Shown: positions 27,355 to 37,056 of the stretch, piece after piece | Layout of the letters: the number at the start of each line of letters is the position of its first letter | How positions within the stretch are numbered: the stretch's first letter is position 1 | From: Candidatus Nomurabacteria bacterium | GTDB lineage: Bacteria > Patescibacteriota > Minisyncoccia > Phycocordibacterales > UBA9973 | Assembly (NCBI GenBank): GCA_026395995.1 | Contig: JAPLXQ010000010.1 | Coordinates: forward strand, 2,587 to 66,586 | Direction of reading: 5' to 3' | DNA: 64,000 nt | The notes under the pieces: generated by a model | Databases searched by the model: none | Told to the model about the DNA's origin: nothing | The model's input: only the letters and a program-made list of their open reading frames with translations | Made by a program: the position numbers and the translations under genes

Positions 27355-29205
27355 TTAATTTACAATTTGTTTAATTATCTCTCTTATTTCCTTACTTTCA
27401 GCATTTGTATCTTCAGTAAGATATGTTGTCAGTTTTTTATTACAGAACTCAATTGTTTCTGGAAGGCCTTTTTTGATACCAAGATAATGTTCAAGGTCTC
27501 CATTTTTTAAGATATATATTTTTTTCGTGTATTCTGTATTTATTTTTGTTTCCCAGTTTGTATTTCTTAATTTGAACGCTGTAATCTCAGTAGAGCTTCT
27601 TAAACCAATTCCTTTTTCAGCTGGGTAAAATCTTTCAATAGCAAAGTCTAAATCACCTATACAGTAAACTAAAAGACCAAAACTTTCAAATAATTTACTC
27701 CATTCGTTATAGCCACCTTTTCCACCCATATATAAAATAGCGATTTGCTGGTCTAGTTCTGGATATTTTTCTTGTATTATAGACTTAAAGAAATATCGGT
27801 CAGTATCACCCTCAACTAAAAGAACTTTTTTTGCGAAGAAAGCATAAGTGGATCTAGTGTTATCAAGTATTTTAATTAAAATTCTTTGATCAGTAGACAA
27901 AGTGGGTGCTTTTATCTCTGTGTTTCCAGAGCTATTTAAGGAAAAACGTTTTACTTGGTTTATTGTTGAAGAGTTTATTAAGGCCTCCGAGTGAGTTACT
28001 AGAATATACTGGCAACCTTGTTCTTTATTCAAATCTCTAACAACTTGCAAATACTCATTTTGAAATTGGTAGTGTAAATGTATTTCTGGTTCATCAATAA
28101 TAACTAACCCCCCTTTTAGGTTACCACGACCGTAAGCTTCAAAAACAAGATGGATGATTGCTTTTTGTCCCGCACTTAAACTGTTAATATTAGCTAAAAC
28201 TTTCTTTCTTCTTATGTCAAAAAACTCAAATGAGTACTGCCATGTCCGGAGATCAATTAGTTTTATTTTACATTCAAGATTAACGACTTGTAGTTTTTTA
28301 TTTATTGAGAGGATAAAATCAAGGTTATTAGCTTTTGTTTCACATTCAGCTTCAGTTAGTTTTTGTGAAATTAGATTAAAATGTTTTTCTGCAATTTGCA
28401 GTCTTACTAAAGAAAAAATACTTGGTTCTGTTTGGTCATTTTCGTTAAGACTTTTTGAAAAATCTTTAGTTTTTATTGTTTGTATTTGCTGAATTGGATG
28501 CTGATCTTTTAGCGATATTGAATTAGTAAATGCGTGGTAATTTCTGTAGCTACTTATAAGAGTGAAGCTATCATATATTGAAGTTAGTAAGTCTTCCGGG
28601 TGTTCTAAATTATGAAGAGATATGAGTTCTTTGTAAAAATTGTAGTCAGAAAGATATTCAAAACCAAAATCTTGCGAACCATCTACAAGCGTAACAGTAA
28701 ATTTTCCTGTATCTTTATTCAAACTTATATCAAATACATACTCACTTTGTACAGTAGTATTATTGGTAATTGTTTTTGTAGTATAAGAACTTGCTATAGC
28801 ATTAAGTTTAGTAATATTATCTTGAATATGTTTTATGTTTTGTAAATCAATCTCATCAAGAGCTATTACTAATCTAATTTTTTGAGGATCATCTGGTGTG
28901 TCCCAGTTTGGGTCTAGTCGGAAGTGTGAATAAGATTGAGTATTTATTGCCGATAGTATTTTTTGTTTTTCTTCATGTTTAAGATTTTCTCTACCAGAGT
29001 ATGAATCTTGATTTGTGTTGTATTGTTTACATAAAATTCTCTTAAAAATAAAGTTAATTATTTCAAGAGCCGTTGATTTTCCTGCTCCATTTTCTCCTAT
29101 AATAATATTTAATCCATCTTCAAAAATCACTACTTCAGCATCGGTAAGGCTGTTATAATATTTGAAACTTAATATATTTGAAATCTGAAGTGATCTTATT
29201 TTCAT
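27355..29205 (-). CDS. OLD-family ATP-dependent nuclease (ABC ATPase + TOPRIM)
   Basis: GENGAGKST, LSAGQ, IIDEPEIHLH, LVTHS, LLVEGDTD, DLD. Confidence 0.85.
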   Translation of the reverse strand: MKIRSLQISNILSFKYYNSLTDAEVVIFEDGLNIIIGENGAGKSTALEIINFIFKRILCKQYNTNQDSYSGRENLKHEEKQKILSAINTQSYSHFRLDPNWDTPDDPQKIRLVIALDEIDLQNIKHIQDNITKLNAIASSYTTKTITNNTTVQSEYVFDISLNKDTGKFTVTLVDGSQDFGFEYLSDYNFYKELISLHNLEHPEDLLTSIYDSFTLISSYRNYHAFTNSISLKDQHPIQQIQTIKTKDFSKSLNENDQTEPSIFSLVRLQIAEKHFNLISQKLTEAECETKANNLDFILSINKKLQVVNLECKIKLIDLRTWQYSFEFFDIRRKKVLANINSLSAGQKAIIHLVFEAYGRGNLKGGLVIIDEPEIHLHYQFQNEYLQVVRDLNKEQGCQYILVTHSEALINSSTINQVKRFSLNSSGNTEIKAPTLSTDQRILIKILDNTRSTYAFFAKKVLLVEGDTDRYFFKSIIQEKYPELDQQIAILYMGGKGGYNEWSKLFESFGLLVYCIGDLDFAIERFYPAEKGIGLRSSTEITAFKLRNTNWETKINTEYTKKIYILKNGDLEHYLGIKKGLPETIEFCNKKLTTYLTEDTNAESKEIREIIKQIVN

Positions 29206-29266
29206 TGTGTAATTTTAGCACTTTTTAATTAAAAACCTATTTTTATGGGATAGATTATCTGCAAAC

Positions 29267-29468
29267 TAAAATCTACCATTATCAACCATATTTATTAAAC
29301 TAAAAATTATATATTATTAGAGATTTCTAATGTAGTATTATCATATAATTTCCAATAAAATCTGTTGTTTCCTATTATTTGCCTTGTGCTTAAAATCCAC
29401 CATTATCCACTATGTTTTTGTGGGTTAAAATTAGATAATCCCTTTACTTAAAAATCCACGATTATCAA
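29267..29468. repeat. three 19-bp direct repeats
   Basis: taaaatctaccattatcaa (29267), taaaatccaccattatcca (29391), aaaaatccacgattatcaa (29450). Confidence 0.6.
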
Positions 29469-29479
29469 TGCTATTATTA

Positions 29480-29860
29480 TTAAAGCCCATGACTATGCAA
29501 ACAAAAGGTATACTCTTTTTCGGTAGCTTTTCTTGTTCTCTTTTCAGTATCTATTATTTTAGGTTGTGACTTTTCCCATTCCGCTGGTGTTTGAAAGTCT
29601 GAAAGGGTTAGTGGTGTTTTAGGAGAACTATAATTAAATGTTGGAGTAGTTGAGTTAGCATAGATTTCTTGTTCATAGTTTATCCAAGAACAATTATGTT
29701 TTATTATTGCTGGTCTTACTTGAAACCAGCCAAACAAAATAATAATTACTATTACTATTGCCATTACTTTTCTTTTCTTTGCTAATTCACTTTTAATTTC
29801 TCTCATTCTATCTACAAAAAGTTCTTGTATTTTTTTCATATTTTGGTCCTCATTATTCAT
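29480..29860 (-). CDS. hypothetical membrane-anchored protein
   Basis: One TM helix, WFQVRP..IK..C...Y..CL...GL pattern. Confidence 0.6.
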   Translation of the reverse strand: MNNEDQNMKKIQELFVDRMREIKSELAKKRKVMAIVIVIIILFGWFQVRPAIIKHNCSWINYEQEIYANSTTPTFNYSSPKTPLTLSDFQTPAEWEKSQPKIIDTEKRTRKATEKEYTFCLHSHGL

Positions 29861-30249
29861 ATTTTAATTAAAAAGATAATTATAAAAATCACTAGAACTG
29901 ATAAAAATAAGGACCAATTAAATAATCTTGTAAGAGCAGTTTCTGTATTTTTATCTATTGAGTTAACTGATTGAGTAGTTAGTTGGTTTGTATTCTCTGT
30001 TTTAGGTACGACTGTTATTTTTTCTGCTTGTTTAGCTTCTTGAGTTGGAATAACTTGTTCATTTTTTATTTCTGGTTGTTGTGCTTTAGTTGGAGCTGGT
30101 TTTATTGTAACTTGTTTAGCTTTGGTTTTATTTACCAAATCTTGTAGCTGATATAATGCATCATTACCAACTGTTGATGTTAGTGAATTTGCATGGGAAA
30201 TTCCCGGAATAATCATGGCTAGTATTAAAATTAAGATATATTTCTTCAT
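29857..30249 (-). CDS. hypothetical secreted/membrane protein
   Basis: Signal peptide MKKYILILILAMIIPGISHA and C-terminal TM; start reassigned to 30249. Confidence 0.6.
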   Translation of the reverse strand: MKKYILILILAMIIPGISHANSLTSTVGNDALYQLQDLVNKTKAKQVTIKPAPTKAQQPEIKNEQVIPTQEAKQAEKITVVPKTENTNQLTTQSVNSIDKNTETALTRLFNWSLFLSVLVIFIIIFLIKI

Positions 30250-30284
30250 AAGATTTTTGTTATTTTTAATCCTATGAGTAGAAA

Positions 30285-30400
30285 TCAAAAATCCCACCAC
30301 ATAGGTGAGAGCTTTCGCTCTCTGCATCCGTTTCCAGATACAGCTCGTCAAAGCATCCCTATATGATGGGGTTTCTAGCTTTGACGAGACTTTCGGCCAT
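30285..30400 (-). ncRNA. candidate structured leader RNA / attenuator
   Basis: Two GAAA-tetraloop hairpins, an 11-bp stem ctcgtcaaagc/gctttgacgag and a crossing 13-bp pairing followed by a U-tract. Confidence 0.5.
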
Positions 30401-30524
30401 GTCTTTATTTCTAAAGGGTTAGGCCACTTATATATTAAATTGTATGTTTATGATAACATATTTATATCTCTTATTGAATTAACTATTTACTTTAAGTCGG
30501 GGATACACCGCTTATTGAATATCA

Positions 30525-32372
30525 ATGACTGAATTATCAAAAACAGAAGAAAGAACCTTAAAAGTAGCTCTTTATTTAAGAGTGTCTACAGACGAACAAG
30601 TTGAAAAATTTGGGCTCTCTTTGCAAAGAGATGCTTTGATGTCTCTTATAAAATCAAAGGGCAATTTAATTACTGGTCAGCCAGTCTGGGCTTTTGCAGG
30701 GGAGGAGCATGTTTATATTGACGGTGGGGTTAGTGGCACAATTTCGCTTGATGATCGGCCCAGTTTTGCGAAGCTAAAAGAAGCTATCATTTTTTCATCT
30801 CCGGATAATAAACCTTTTGATATTGTGGCTGTTTATAAAATTGATCGTTTTGCCAGAAAATTGAAAATACTCCTTGATGTTATAGATTTTTTTGATAAAA
30901 ATGATGTTCAATTTATTTCAGCAAGTGAAAGTATAGACACTTCTACTCCTTTTGGAAAAGCGATGCTAGGAATTATTGGAATCATAGCCGAGCTTGACCG
31001 AGATACGATACTTGATAAAACAAGGCGTGGGCGCTATCAGTCTGCTTTATCGGGTGTTGTGATGGGTAATTCTGCATCTTATGGATACAGAAAAGATGAA
31101 AATAAGCATCTTGTAATTCTCAACGAAGAAGCTGATTGTATAAGAAACATATTTAATTTATTTGTGAATGGTTGGAATTCTGAAAAAATTGCTAGACATT
31201 TAACTAATTCTGGAATTTTATCACCAGAAGCGTCTGGTATAAAAAAACGAAAAAGAAAAGGCGGAACCAAACATAAGAACCCTCTCACTTATTGGAGGTC
31301 AGAAACAATACGAAGAATTTTATTGAATGAAATTTATATAGGCAAAATATATTTTGGTAAGTCTAAAGATGGTAAAGAGTTGGAAAAAAGTGAGTGGAAA
31401 ATTGCAGATCAGGAAGCCCCTATAATCGTTGATTTGCTGATCTTTGAAAAAGCGCAGAGACTTTTAGAAAATGTTAAACATCAGAGAAGAAATAGCCCTA
31501 AAAATAATCATACTTATCTACTCACTAGTCTTTTAAGGTGTGATTGTTGTTATAAAATAGAAAGAGATTCTAATAGATCTGTTTGGGGAGGTGAGCCCAA
31601 AAAGCTTGATAGTGGAGGAAAAACTTATTATTACAATTGTAGAAGAAAAAGAAAAGCTAAATCGTATTTTCCTTGCTCTTCGTTATCTTTACCAGCTGAT
31701 GAAATAGAAAATTATATAGTAGATTTTTGTTTACAGATTGTAAGTTCACCTATTGCTGTGTTTAGGTATCAACAAAATCTTGCTTCAAGTAAAAATCACA
31801 TTAAACTTCTTCGTAAAAAAAGTGAAGATGCCGTAAGGTTGATTCAAGCAAGTGAAAATAGGCAAAAAAATTCAAAGGAGCAACATCGTGTTGGTATTAT
31901 AAAAATGCCACAATTACAGAAATATTTGCTAGATGAGGAAAACACAATAAAAAGATTGAAATCCCAACAAAAGGAAATTGAAGTTGAACTTTCAAAAGAA
32001 AGCACATCAGAACGTTATGCTCAAACCTTTGAATTACTTTCAACTAAATATGTAGGGGCTTTAGAGGAAATAAAAAAGAACCGCGAAAATTTGTACGACT
32101 TAATTCATTTACTGATTGAAGAGATTGTTGTGATAACAAGGCCAGTTACTCCAGAAGATAAGGTTGCTGGAATAAAAAAAGAAGGGCAAGAAATACCCGA
32201 TGCACTTCATATAAAATTGAAATTACCGCAGGATATTATAAAGAAATTAGCTGAATCCACTCTAAAGAATTCTGTTGCCGGTTCGGGGCAAGAACTCATC
32301 TCTGGTGCGAGGTACAGGACTCGAACCTGTGACCTTCCCGGTGTAAACGGGTTGCTCTACCAACTGAGCTAA
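30525..32372 (+). CDS. large serine recombinase (integrase)
   Basis: YLRVSTDEQ catalytic Ser, DGGVSG, KIDRFAR, YGY recombinase domain, Cys zinc ribbon, coiled coil; C-terminus runs antisense through tRNA-Val. Confidence 0.95.
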   Translation: MTELSKTEERTLKVALYLRVSTDEQVEKFGLSLQRDALMSLIKSKGNLITGQPVWAFAGEEHVYIDGGVSGTISLDDRPSFAKLKEAIIFSSPDNKPFDIVAVYKIDRFARKLKILLDVIDFFDKNDVQFISASESIDTSTPFGKAMLGIIGIIAELDRDTILDKTRRGRYQSALSGVVMGNSASYGYRKDENKHLVILNEEADCIRNIFNLFVNGWNSEKIARHLTNSGILSPEASGIKKRKRKGGTKHKNPLTYWRSETIRRILLNEIYIGKIYFGKSKDGKELEKSEWKIADQEAPIIVDLLIFEKAQRLLENVKHQRRNSPKNNHTYLLTSLLRCDCCYKIERDSNRSVWGGEPKKLDSGGKTYYYNCRRKRKAKSYFPCSSLSLPADEIENYIVDFCLQIVSSPIAVFRYQQNLASSKNHIKLLRKKSEDAVRLIQASENRQKNSKEQHRVGIIKMPQLQKYLLDEENTIKRLKSQQKEIEVELSKESTSERYAQTFELLSTKYVGALEEIKKNRENLYDLIHLLIEEIVVITRPVTPEDKVAGIKKEGQEIPDALHIKLKLPQDIIKKLAESTLKNSVAGSGQELISGARYRTRTCDLPGVNGLLYQLS

Positions 32373-32378
32373 CCTCGC
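32303..32378 (-). tRNA. tRNA-Val(UAC)
   Basis: GCGAGGT acceptor, loop TTTACAC, encoded CCA. Confidence 0.95.
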
Positions 32379-32542
32379 AATGTGTATTAAGTTTTAATAT
32401 AACGTTGATTTTGCTAATTTGGTCTCATACCTACCAAAACAGCATAACCTCGCAAAATTCAAAAAAACAATTTTTTCTGAAGGTTTCTAAAGTATACGCT
32501 AAAATGTATATTTTTCAAGTTTTGTGATAATATTTAGATATT

Positions 32543-33457
32543 ATGGAAAATAAAAATTTAATGAAATATGCTGGTGAGGGTATTTTGAATAGTGTTGAAA
32601 AACAAATAGCACTTGCTCGTAAGCTAGAAGATGTCTATAAAAACAGGCCTGATCCAAGGAATTTTATAGGAGCAATGTCTGGCACTAAGCGTGAGAATGA
32701 ATATTCTGCTGAAGAGATAGAAAAAGATATTTCTTATGTTGAAAACACAAAAGCAAGCATAGAAAAAAGTAATAAAGAGAAAGGAATTGATACCTTAGCT
32801 ATTCTTGAAAGTGGTTTTTCTTTGAGTGAAATGATGCAAGCAATGATCATTGATCGTATTAATAAAGGAATGTTTCCAGGTTTTAAAGCGGTGATGACAT
32901 CTGAAAGAGATGATTTAAAAGTGGGGATTGATGCTGTTCTTAAAAAGAAAGAGCTTGGATATTTGGGTGCATCTTTTGATTTTACAATTACAGCAAGTAA
33001 GACAAATATACAAGACAAATTAGAAAAAAATTGGAACTTTAACATAGAAAGACATATTATTCCTACTGTAAAATATTTTGAAGATCCAGATACTCATGAA
33101 AAAAGGTCACTCTTAGTACCTAAGTTTATCATTGGTGGAAGTAAAAAAGATATAGAGTTTTTTACAGATAAATATTTAAACGATAAGGCTGATGAATTGA
33201 ACGATCATCCTTTTAAACATATGATGATTAAGCAGATTGATATGCAGCTAGATTCAGCTATCAAATTTTTTGAAACCAAAAAAGATGATAGAAGTTTTGA
33301 TTTCATAAAAAAAGAATACATGGAAATAAAATCTTTTATTGAAAAACTAAAAGAAGATGTGCATTATCAAGAATATGTAAAATCTAAGGATTTTATGGAA
33401 GCTAAAAAAGATGGTGTTGCCTTTAAGGCCATAAAAGAGTTTTGTGATGAAAAATAG
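32543..33457 (+). CDS. hypothetical protein
   Basis: Long ORF; TSERDD..GID..D-T pattern weakly like a PD-(D/E)xK fold. Confidence 0.6.
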   Translation: MENKNLMKYAGEGILNSVEKQIALARKLEDVYKNRPDPRNFIGAMSGTKRENEYSAEEIEKDISYVENTKASIEKSNKEKGIDTLAILESGFSLSEMMQAMIIDRINKGMFPGFKAVMTSERDDLKVGIDAVLKKKELGYLGASFDFTITASKTNIQDKLEKNWNFNIERHIIPTVKYFEDPDTHEKRSLLVPKFIIGGSKKDIEFFTDKYLNDKADELNDHPFKHMMIKQIDMQLDSAIKFFETKKDDRSFDFIKKEYMEIKSFIEKLKEDVHYQEYVKSKDFMEAKKDGVAFKAIKEFCDEK

Positions 33458-34294
33458 ATGAAAAAAAAGATATCAGTCTTATATTCAAACAAAGACATTT
33501 TGGTCATAAATAAACCAGCGGGGATTTCGGTCCACGGTGACGGTAGGAGCGATGTGGAAACTTTAGCAGATTTGATATTGGCGGAATATCCAGAGATGAA
33601 AGACGTAGGTGAACCGATGGAAATAGATATCGGTGGTGGTGAGAAGAAAATTATATATCGTCCTGGAATAGTACACAGACTCGACAAAGATACGAGTGGA
33701 GTTCTTATCTTGGCTCGCAATCAAAAAGCTTATGAATATTTAAAAGAGCAATTTCAAAATAGGGAAGTGAAGAAAACTTATAATACTCTCGTCTATGGAA
33801 ATATGAAAAATGATTTTGGTATTGTGGATGCTGGTATCGGACGTAGTCCGAGTGATCCTAGAAAGAGAATTGCTTCACGTGGTAAGACTGGCAAGATTCG
33901 TGACGCAGTAACTGAATATAAAGTTTTGAAAAGAATTTCAGTCGGGAAAAGGTCGGACCTTAAGAATTCAAAAAGGTCCGACCTTGAGGGGACTGGAATT
34001 CAAGCACCTCACCCCAGCCCTCTCCTTAGCGAAGGAGAGGGAGAAGAAAAATTCACTTGGCTCGAAGTTAAACCAAAAACAGGACGCACACACCAGATCC
34101 GCGTGCATATGAAATTCCTAAATCATCCTGTCGTAGCGGACCAATTATATACTCCAAAGGACGCCACAACACCTTTTGGCATCTCCCGCCTAGCACTTCA
34201 TGCTTCATCTATTGAATTTAAAAACCTCAAAGGGGAAACCATCAAAATAGAAGCCCCACTACCGGAAGATTTGGAAAAAATACTTGAAAAATAA
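33458..34294 (+). CDS. RluA/RluD family pseudouridine synthase
   Basis: INKPAG, VHRLDKDTSG, TGRTHQIRVH; carries an in-frame repeat insert of about 30 aa. Confidence 0.95.
   Translation: MKKKISVLYSNKDILVINKPAGISVHGDGRSDVETLADLILAEYPEMKDVGEPMEIDIGGGEKKIIYRPGIVHRLDKDTSGVLILARNQKAYEYLKEQFQNREVKKTYNTLVYGNMKNDFGIVDAGIGRSPSDPRKRIASRGKTGKIRDAVTEYKVLKRISVGKRSDLKNSKRSDLEGTGIQAPHPSPLLSEGEGEEKFTWLEVKPKTGRTHQIRVHMKFLNHPVVADQLYTPKDATTPFGISRLALHASSIEFKNLKGETIKIEAPLPEDLEKILEK
33949..34041. repeat. compound in-frame insert: two AAGGTCnGACCTT hairpins plus one GC-rich palindromic element
   Basis: aaggtcggacctt (33949), aaggtccgacctt (33973), cctcaccccag-ccctctcctt-agcg-aaggagaggg (34007-34041). Confidence 0.85.
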
Positions 34295-34454
34295 CACCTA
34301 AAACAGGTCTTATTTTACCGGCAATATCTACTTGACTTTTGTGTCTATTTTATGCTATAATATACTCAGCTTTATAAAATAAGTTACATATAGGGATATA
34401 TGGAATGGGGAGCAGCATTCTGCCAAAATAGTTCATTTATAATTTTATATACAT

Positions 34455-36344
34455 ATGTTGTTTTTATTTCTTGCTTTAGTAACAGCACTTATTGGTGCTT
34501 CGCCTTTTCTTGTTTCAAAAGATTTTGGTTCATTTATTGTCGCTGCAATTATTTATTTAATAGTTGGGTGGCTCGCTTATTATTTCTTCCCTCCTTGTCT
34601 GGAGTACGGACTTTTTGATGGTGTGTTTGGAGTAACTTTTGTTTTTTCAATTATCTCTACTGTTATTACAATGAGTATGGATAGTGACAATAGTTTTTCT
34701 TTAACAATTCCAATAGTTGGTCTTATTGTTTTAATTTTTGCTTGTTTATCTAGCTGTGGTTCTTGTAATACTACAAGATATGCCGCACTTGTAGGTAATA
34801 TTAGTAAAGAAGGTAAAACTTTAAAACATTGGACTCAGCAAAATCAGGAGATCTCACCTTCACACATTCGTATTGTTCCTAAAGAACATGCTTTGTCTAT
34901 TGCTAAAACTTCACTTAATCAAAATTCTGATGGTAGTGGAAATTTAGTCGGAAGTCAGTTTACCTTATCTGAAAAACTTATTACGTTACAGAAAGTTGAT
35001 AGTGAAATGTATTATGTTATTCCTCTTGATTTTAAAAATTGGGGAGTTTGGAATAATGTTACTACTGGAGTCCCAGGTTTTGTAATAGTAGATGCTGAAG
35101 ATCAACATGCAACGCCTAGGTATATTGATGGGCATTCTATGAAATTTACTCCAGGAGCTTGTTTTAGTCAAAATCTTGAGCGATATCTTTATTCGGAAAA
35201 AGGTTACTCAAATAAAATTTTGACTGACTACTCTTTTGAGTTAAATGATTCTTTAAAACCGTATTGGGTTATAAGTGTTTGCCATCATACAATCGGCACT
35301 GATGGAGGTATTGTTGTTGATGGTGTGGTAATTGTGGATCCAGAAAATGGAGAAACAAATTATTATGATAAAAACAAAGCACCTAGTTGGGTTGATCGAA
35401 TAATTCCAGAACAGATTATTAATAATAATCTAAAATACTGGGGAACTTACTCTAGTGGTTTCTGGAATAATACTTCTTGGGGTACTCAAGCTAATTTAAG
35501 AGAGCCTGAGTCAACTCTTTTGAATTATGGTAGTGATGGAACTTGTTGGTATGTAACTCCAATGACTTCGACTTCTGGTGAAGACCATACTATGACTGAT
35601 TTAATTTATACTAATTCTCGTACAGGTGAATCTCATCGTTACTGTGTGTCTGGTTCTACTGAAGAAAAAATAACAGCTACTGTTGATGCTACTGTTAAGT
35701 TTCAGAATTTACATGCTGCAGCAATTGTATTTGAAAATGTTTCAGATAAATTAACAGCATTGGTTCCAATATTAGCTGAAGATCATTCTATTAGAGGATT
35801 GGCTTTAGTTGATGTTGCTACAAAAAGTTTAGCGTGGGATCCTGATCCTGCAAATGCTTTGATGAAATATCAAAACAGTTTAGGATCAATCGCTTCTGCT
35901 ATTGGTACTGATATAGCAACTAATCAAGAGGATTATGTTGGAGTTATAGGTCGTATAAATGAAGGATTTACAACTTCTGGAAGTTTATATTATCTTTACT
36001 TTAATAAAAGTAGCCATATTTATGTGGTTCCACAATCTTATCGTGAAGTTCTTATTAGTCAGCCTGGAGATTCAGTAAGGATTAAGTTTCTTGATTCTCC
36101 TTCAGATCTTATTTCTGTAAATTATTTTGATAACCTGAGCTTAAATATAAAAGCTTCAAAAAATCAAAGCGATGTAATTAATAGAACAAATAAGAAAAGA
36201 GCAGATGAACGTTTGGATGCTTCAAGAAAGTCAGTAAAGGGAACCATTAATAATGGAGATATTTCTAATGAAGTTCTTGATTCAATTGCTCGAGATTTAG
36301 GTAAACAGAAAAATTCTGAAAAACCTAAAAAGAGTAAAAAATAA
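34455..36344 (+). CDS. hypothetical membrane protein with large extracytoplasmic domain
   Basis: Four N-terminal TM helices, PSWVDRI motif; own promoter and a terminator at 36367-36400. Confidence 0.7.
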   Translation: MLFLFLALVTALIGASPFLVSKDFGSFIVAAIIYLIVGWLAYYFFPPCLEYGLFDGVFGVTFVFSIISTVITMSMDSDNSFSLTIPIVGLIVLIFACLSSCGSCNTTRYAALVGNISKEGKTLKHWTQQNQEISPSHIRIVPKEHALSIAKTSLNQNSDGSGNLVGSQFTLSEKLITLQKVDSEMYYVIPLDFKNWGVWNNVTTGVPGFVIVDAEDQHATPRYIDGHSMKFTPGACFSQNLERYLYSEKGYSNKILTDYSFELNDSLKPYWVISVCHHTIGTDGGIVVDGVVIVDPENGETNYYDKNKAPSWVDRIIPEQIINNNLKYWGTYSSGFWNNTSWGTQANLREPESTLLNYGSDGTCWYVTPMTSTSGEDHTMTDLIYTNSRTGESHRYCVSGSTEEKITATVDATVKFQNLHAAAIVFENVSDKLTALVPILAEDHSIRGLALVDVATKSLAWDPDPANALMKYQNSLGSIASAIGTDIATNQEDYVGVIGRINEGFTTSGSLYYLYFNKSSHIYVVPQSYREVLISQPGDSVRIKFLDSPSDLISVNYFDNLSLNIKASKNQSDVINRTNKKRADERLDASRKSVKGTINNGDISNEVLDSIARDLGKQKNSEKPKKSKK

Positions 36345-36448
36345 ACTGCGACCAGTCAGATACTGGAAATCCCCACTTTTTAATTAAAGTGGGGATTTTT
36401 GTTTTAATAATTGCAAAATCTAATGCTTTGTGTTAGATTATATGAACT

Positions 36449-36874
36449 ATGACAGTAACAAATATAAAACTTAGTCCAGTAGATATGGATGCCCGAAAAA
36501 AGCTTGATTTTAAAGCCGGGGATACTATTCGCGTGTGGTCAAAGATTCCAGACGAAAAAGCTACAAAAAAGGGAGATGCACAAAAATTCCGCTCTCAGGC
36601 TTTTGAAGGAATCGTATTAGCTCGTAAACACGGCACAGAAATCGGAGGTACTTTTACAGTTCGTAAAGTAGCTAGTAGTGTCGGAGTAGAAAGAATTTTC
36701 CCAATTTTTTCTCCAATGATCGACAAAGTAGAAATCATCAAGAAAGCAAATGCCGGACGCAGTAAGCTCTACTATGTACGTACAAAAGCGGTCAAAGATG
36801 TTCGCCGAAAACTCCGTTCAGTAGCAATGTCCGCAGAACACGAAATGGAACCAGAAGTAAAAGAAGAAAAATAA
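36449..36874 (+). CDS. rplS: 50S ribosomal protein L19
   Basis: FKAGDTIRV, QAFEGIVL, TFTVRK...GVERIFP, KLYYVR. Confidence 0.95.
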   Translation: MTVTNIKLSPVDMDARKKLDFKAGDTIRVWSKIPDEKATKKGDAQKFRSQAFEGIVLARKHGTEIGGTFTVRKVASSVGVERIFPIFSPMIDKVEIIKKANAGRSKLYYVRTKAVKDVRRKLRSVAMSAEHEMEPEVKEEK

Positions 36875-36964
36875 TTTTAAATATAAAAAGAAAACCCACT
36901 CAATAAAAATTTGGTGGGTTTTCTTTTTAGTTAAATATGCTAGTATCAAATATATAAGATATTT

Positions 36965-37046
36965 GCACGAGTGGCGGAACTGGTATACGCGTACGATTGA
37001 GGTTCGTATGGAGCAATCCTTGGAGGTTCAAGTCCTCTCTCGTGCA
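36965..37046 (+). tRNA. tRNA-Leu(GAG)
   Basis: GCACGAG/CTCGTGC acceptor, loop TTGAGGT, variable arm. Confidence 0.95.
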
Positions 37047-37056
37047 CAACAAATAT

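Larger units (their letters stand above)
25302..32323. mobile_element. integrative island at the tRNA-Val 3' end (large serine recombinase, defence cargo)
   Basis: 18/21-nt direct repeat tggcgcgaaatacaggactcg (25302-25322) versus tggtgcgaggtacaggactcg (32303-32323); recombinase at the tRNA-proximal end. Confidence 0.8.

Noticed and set aside
25302-32323. Prophage
   Set aside because: No capsid, terminase, tail or replication genes; only a recombinase and cargo
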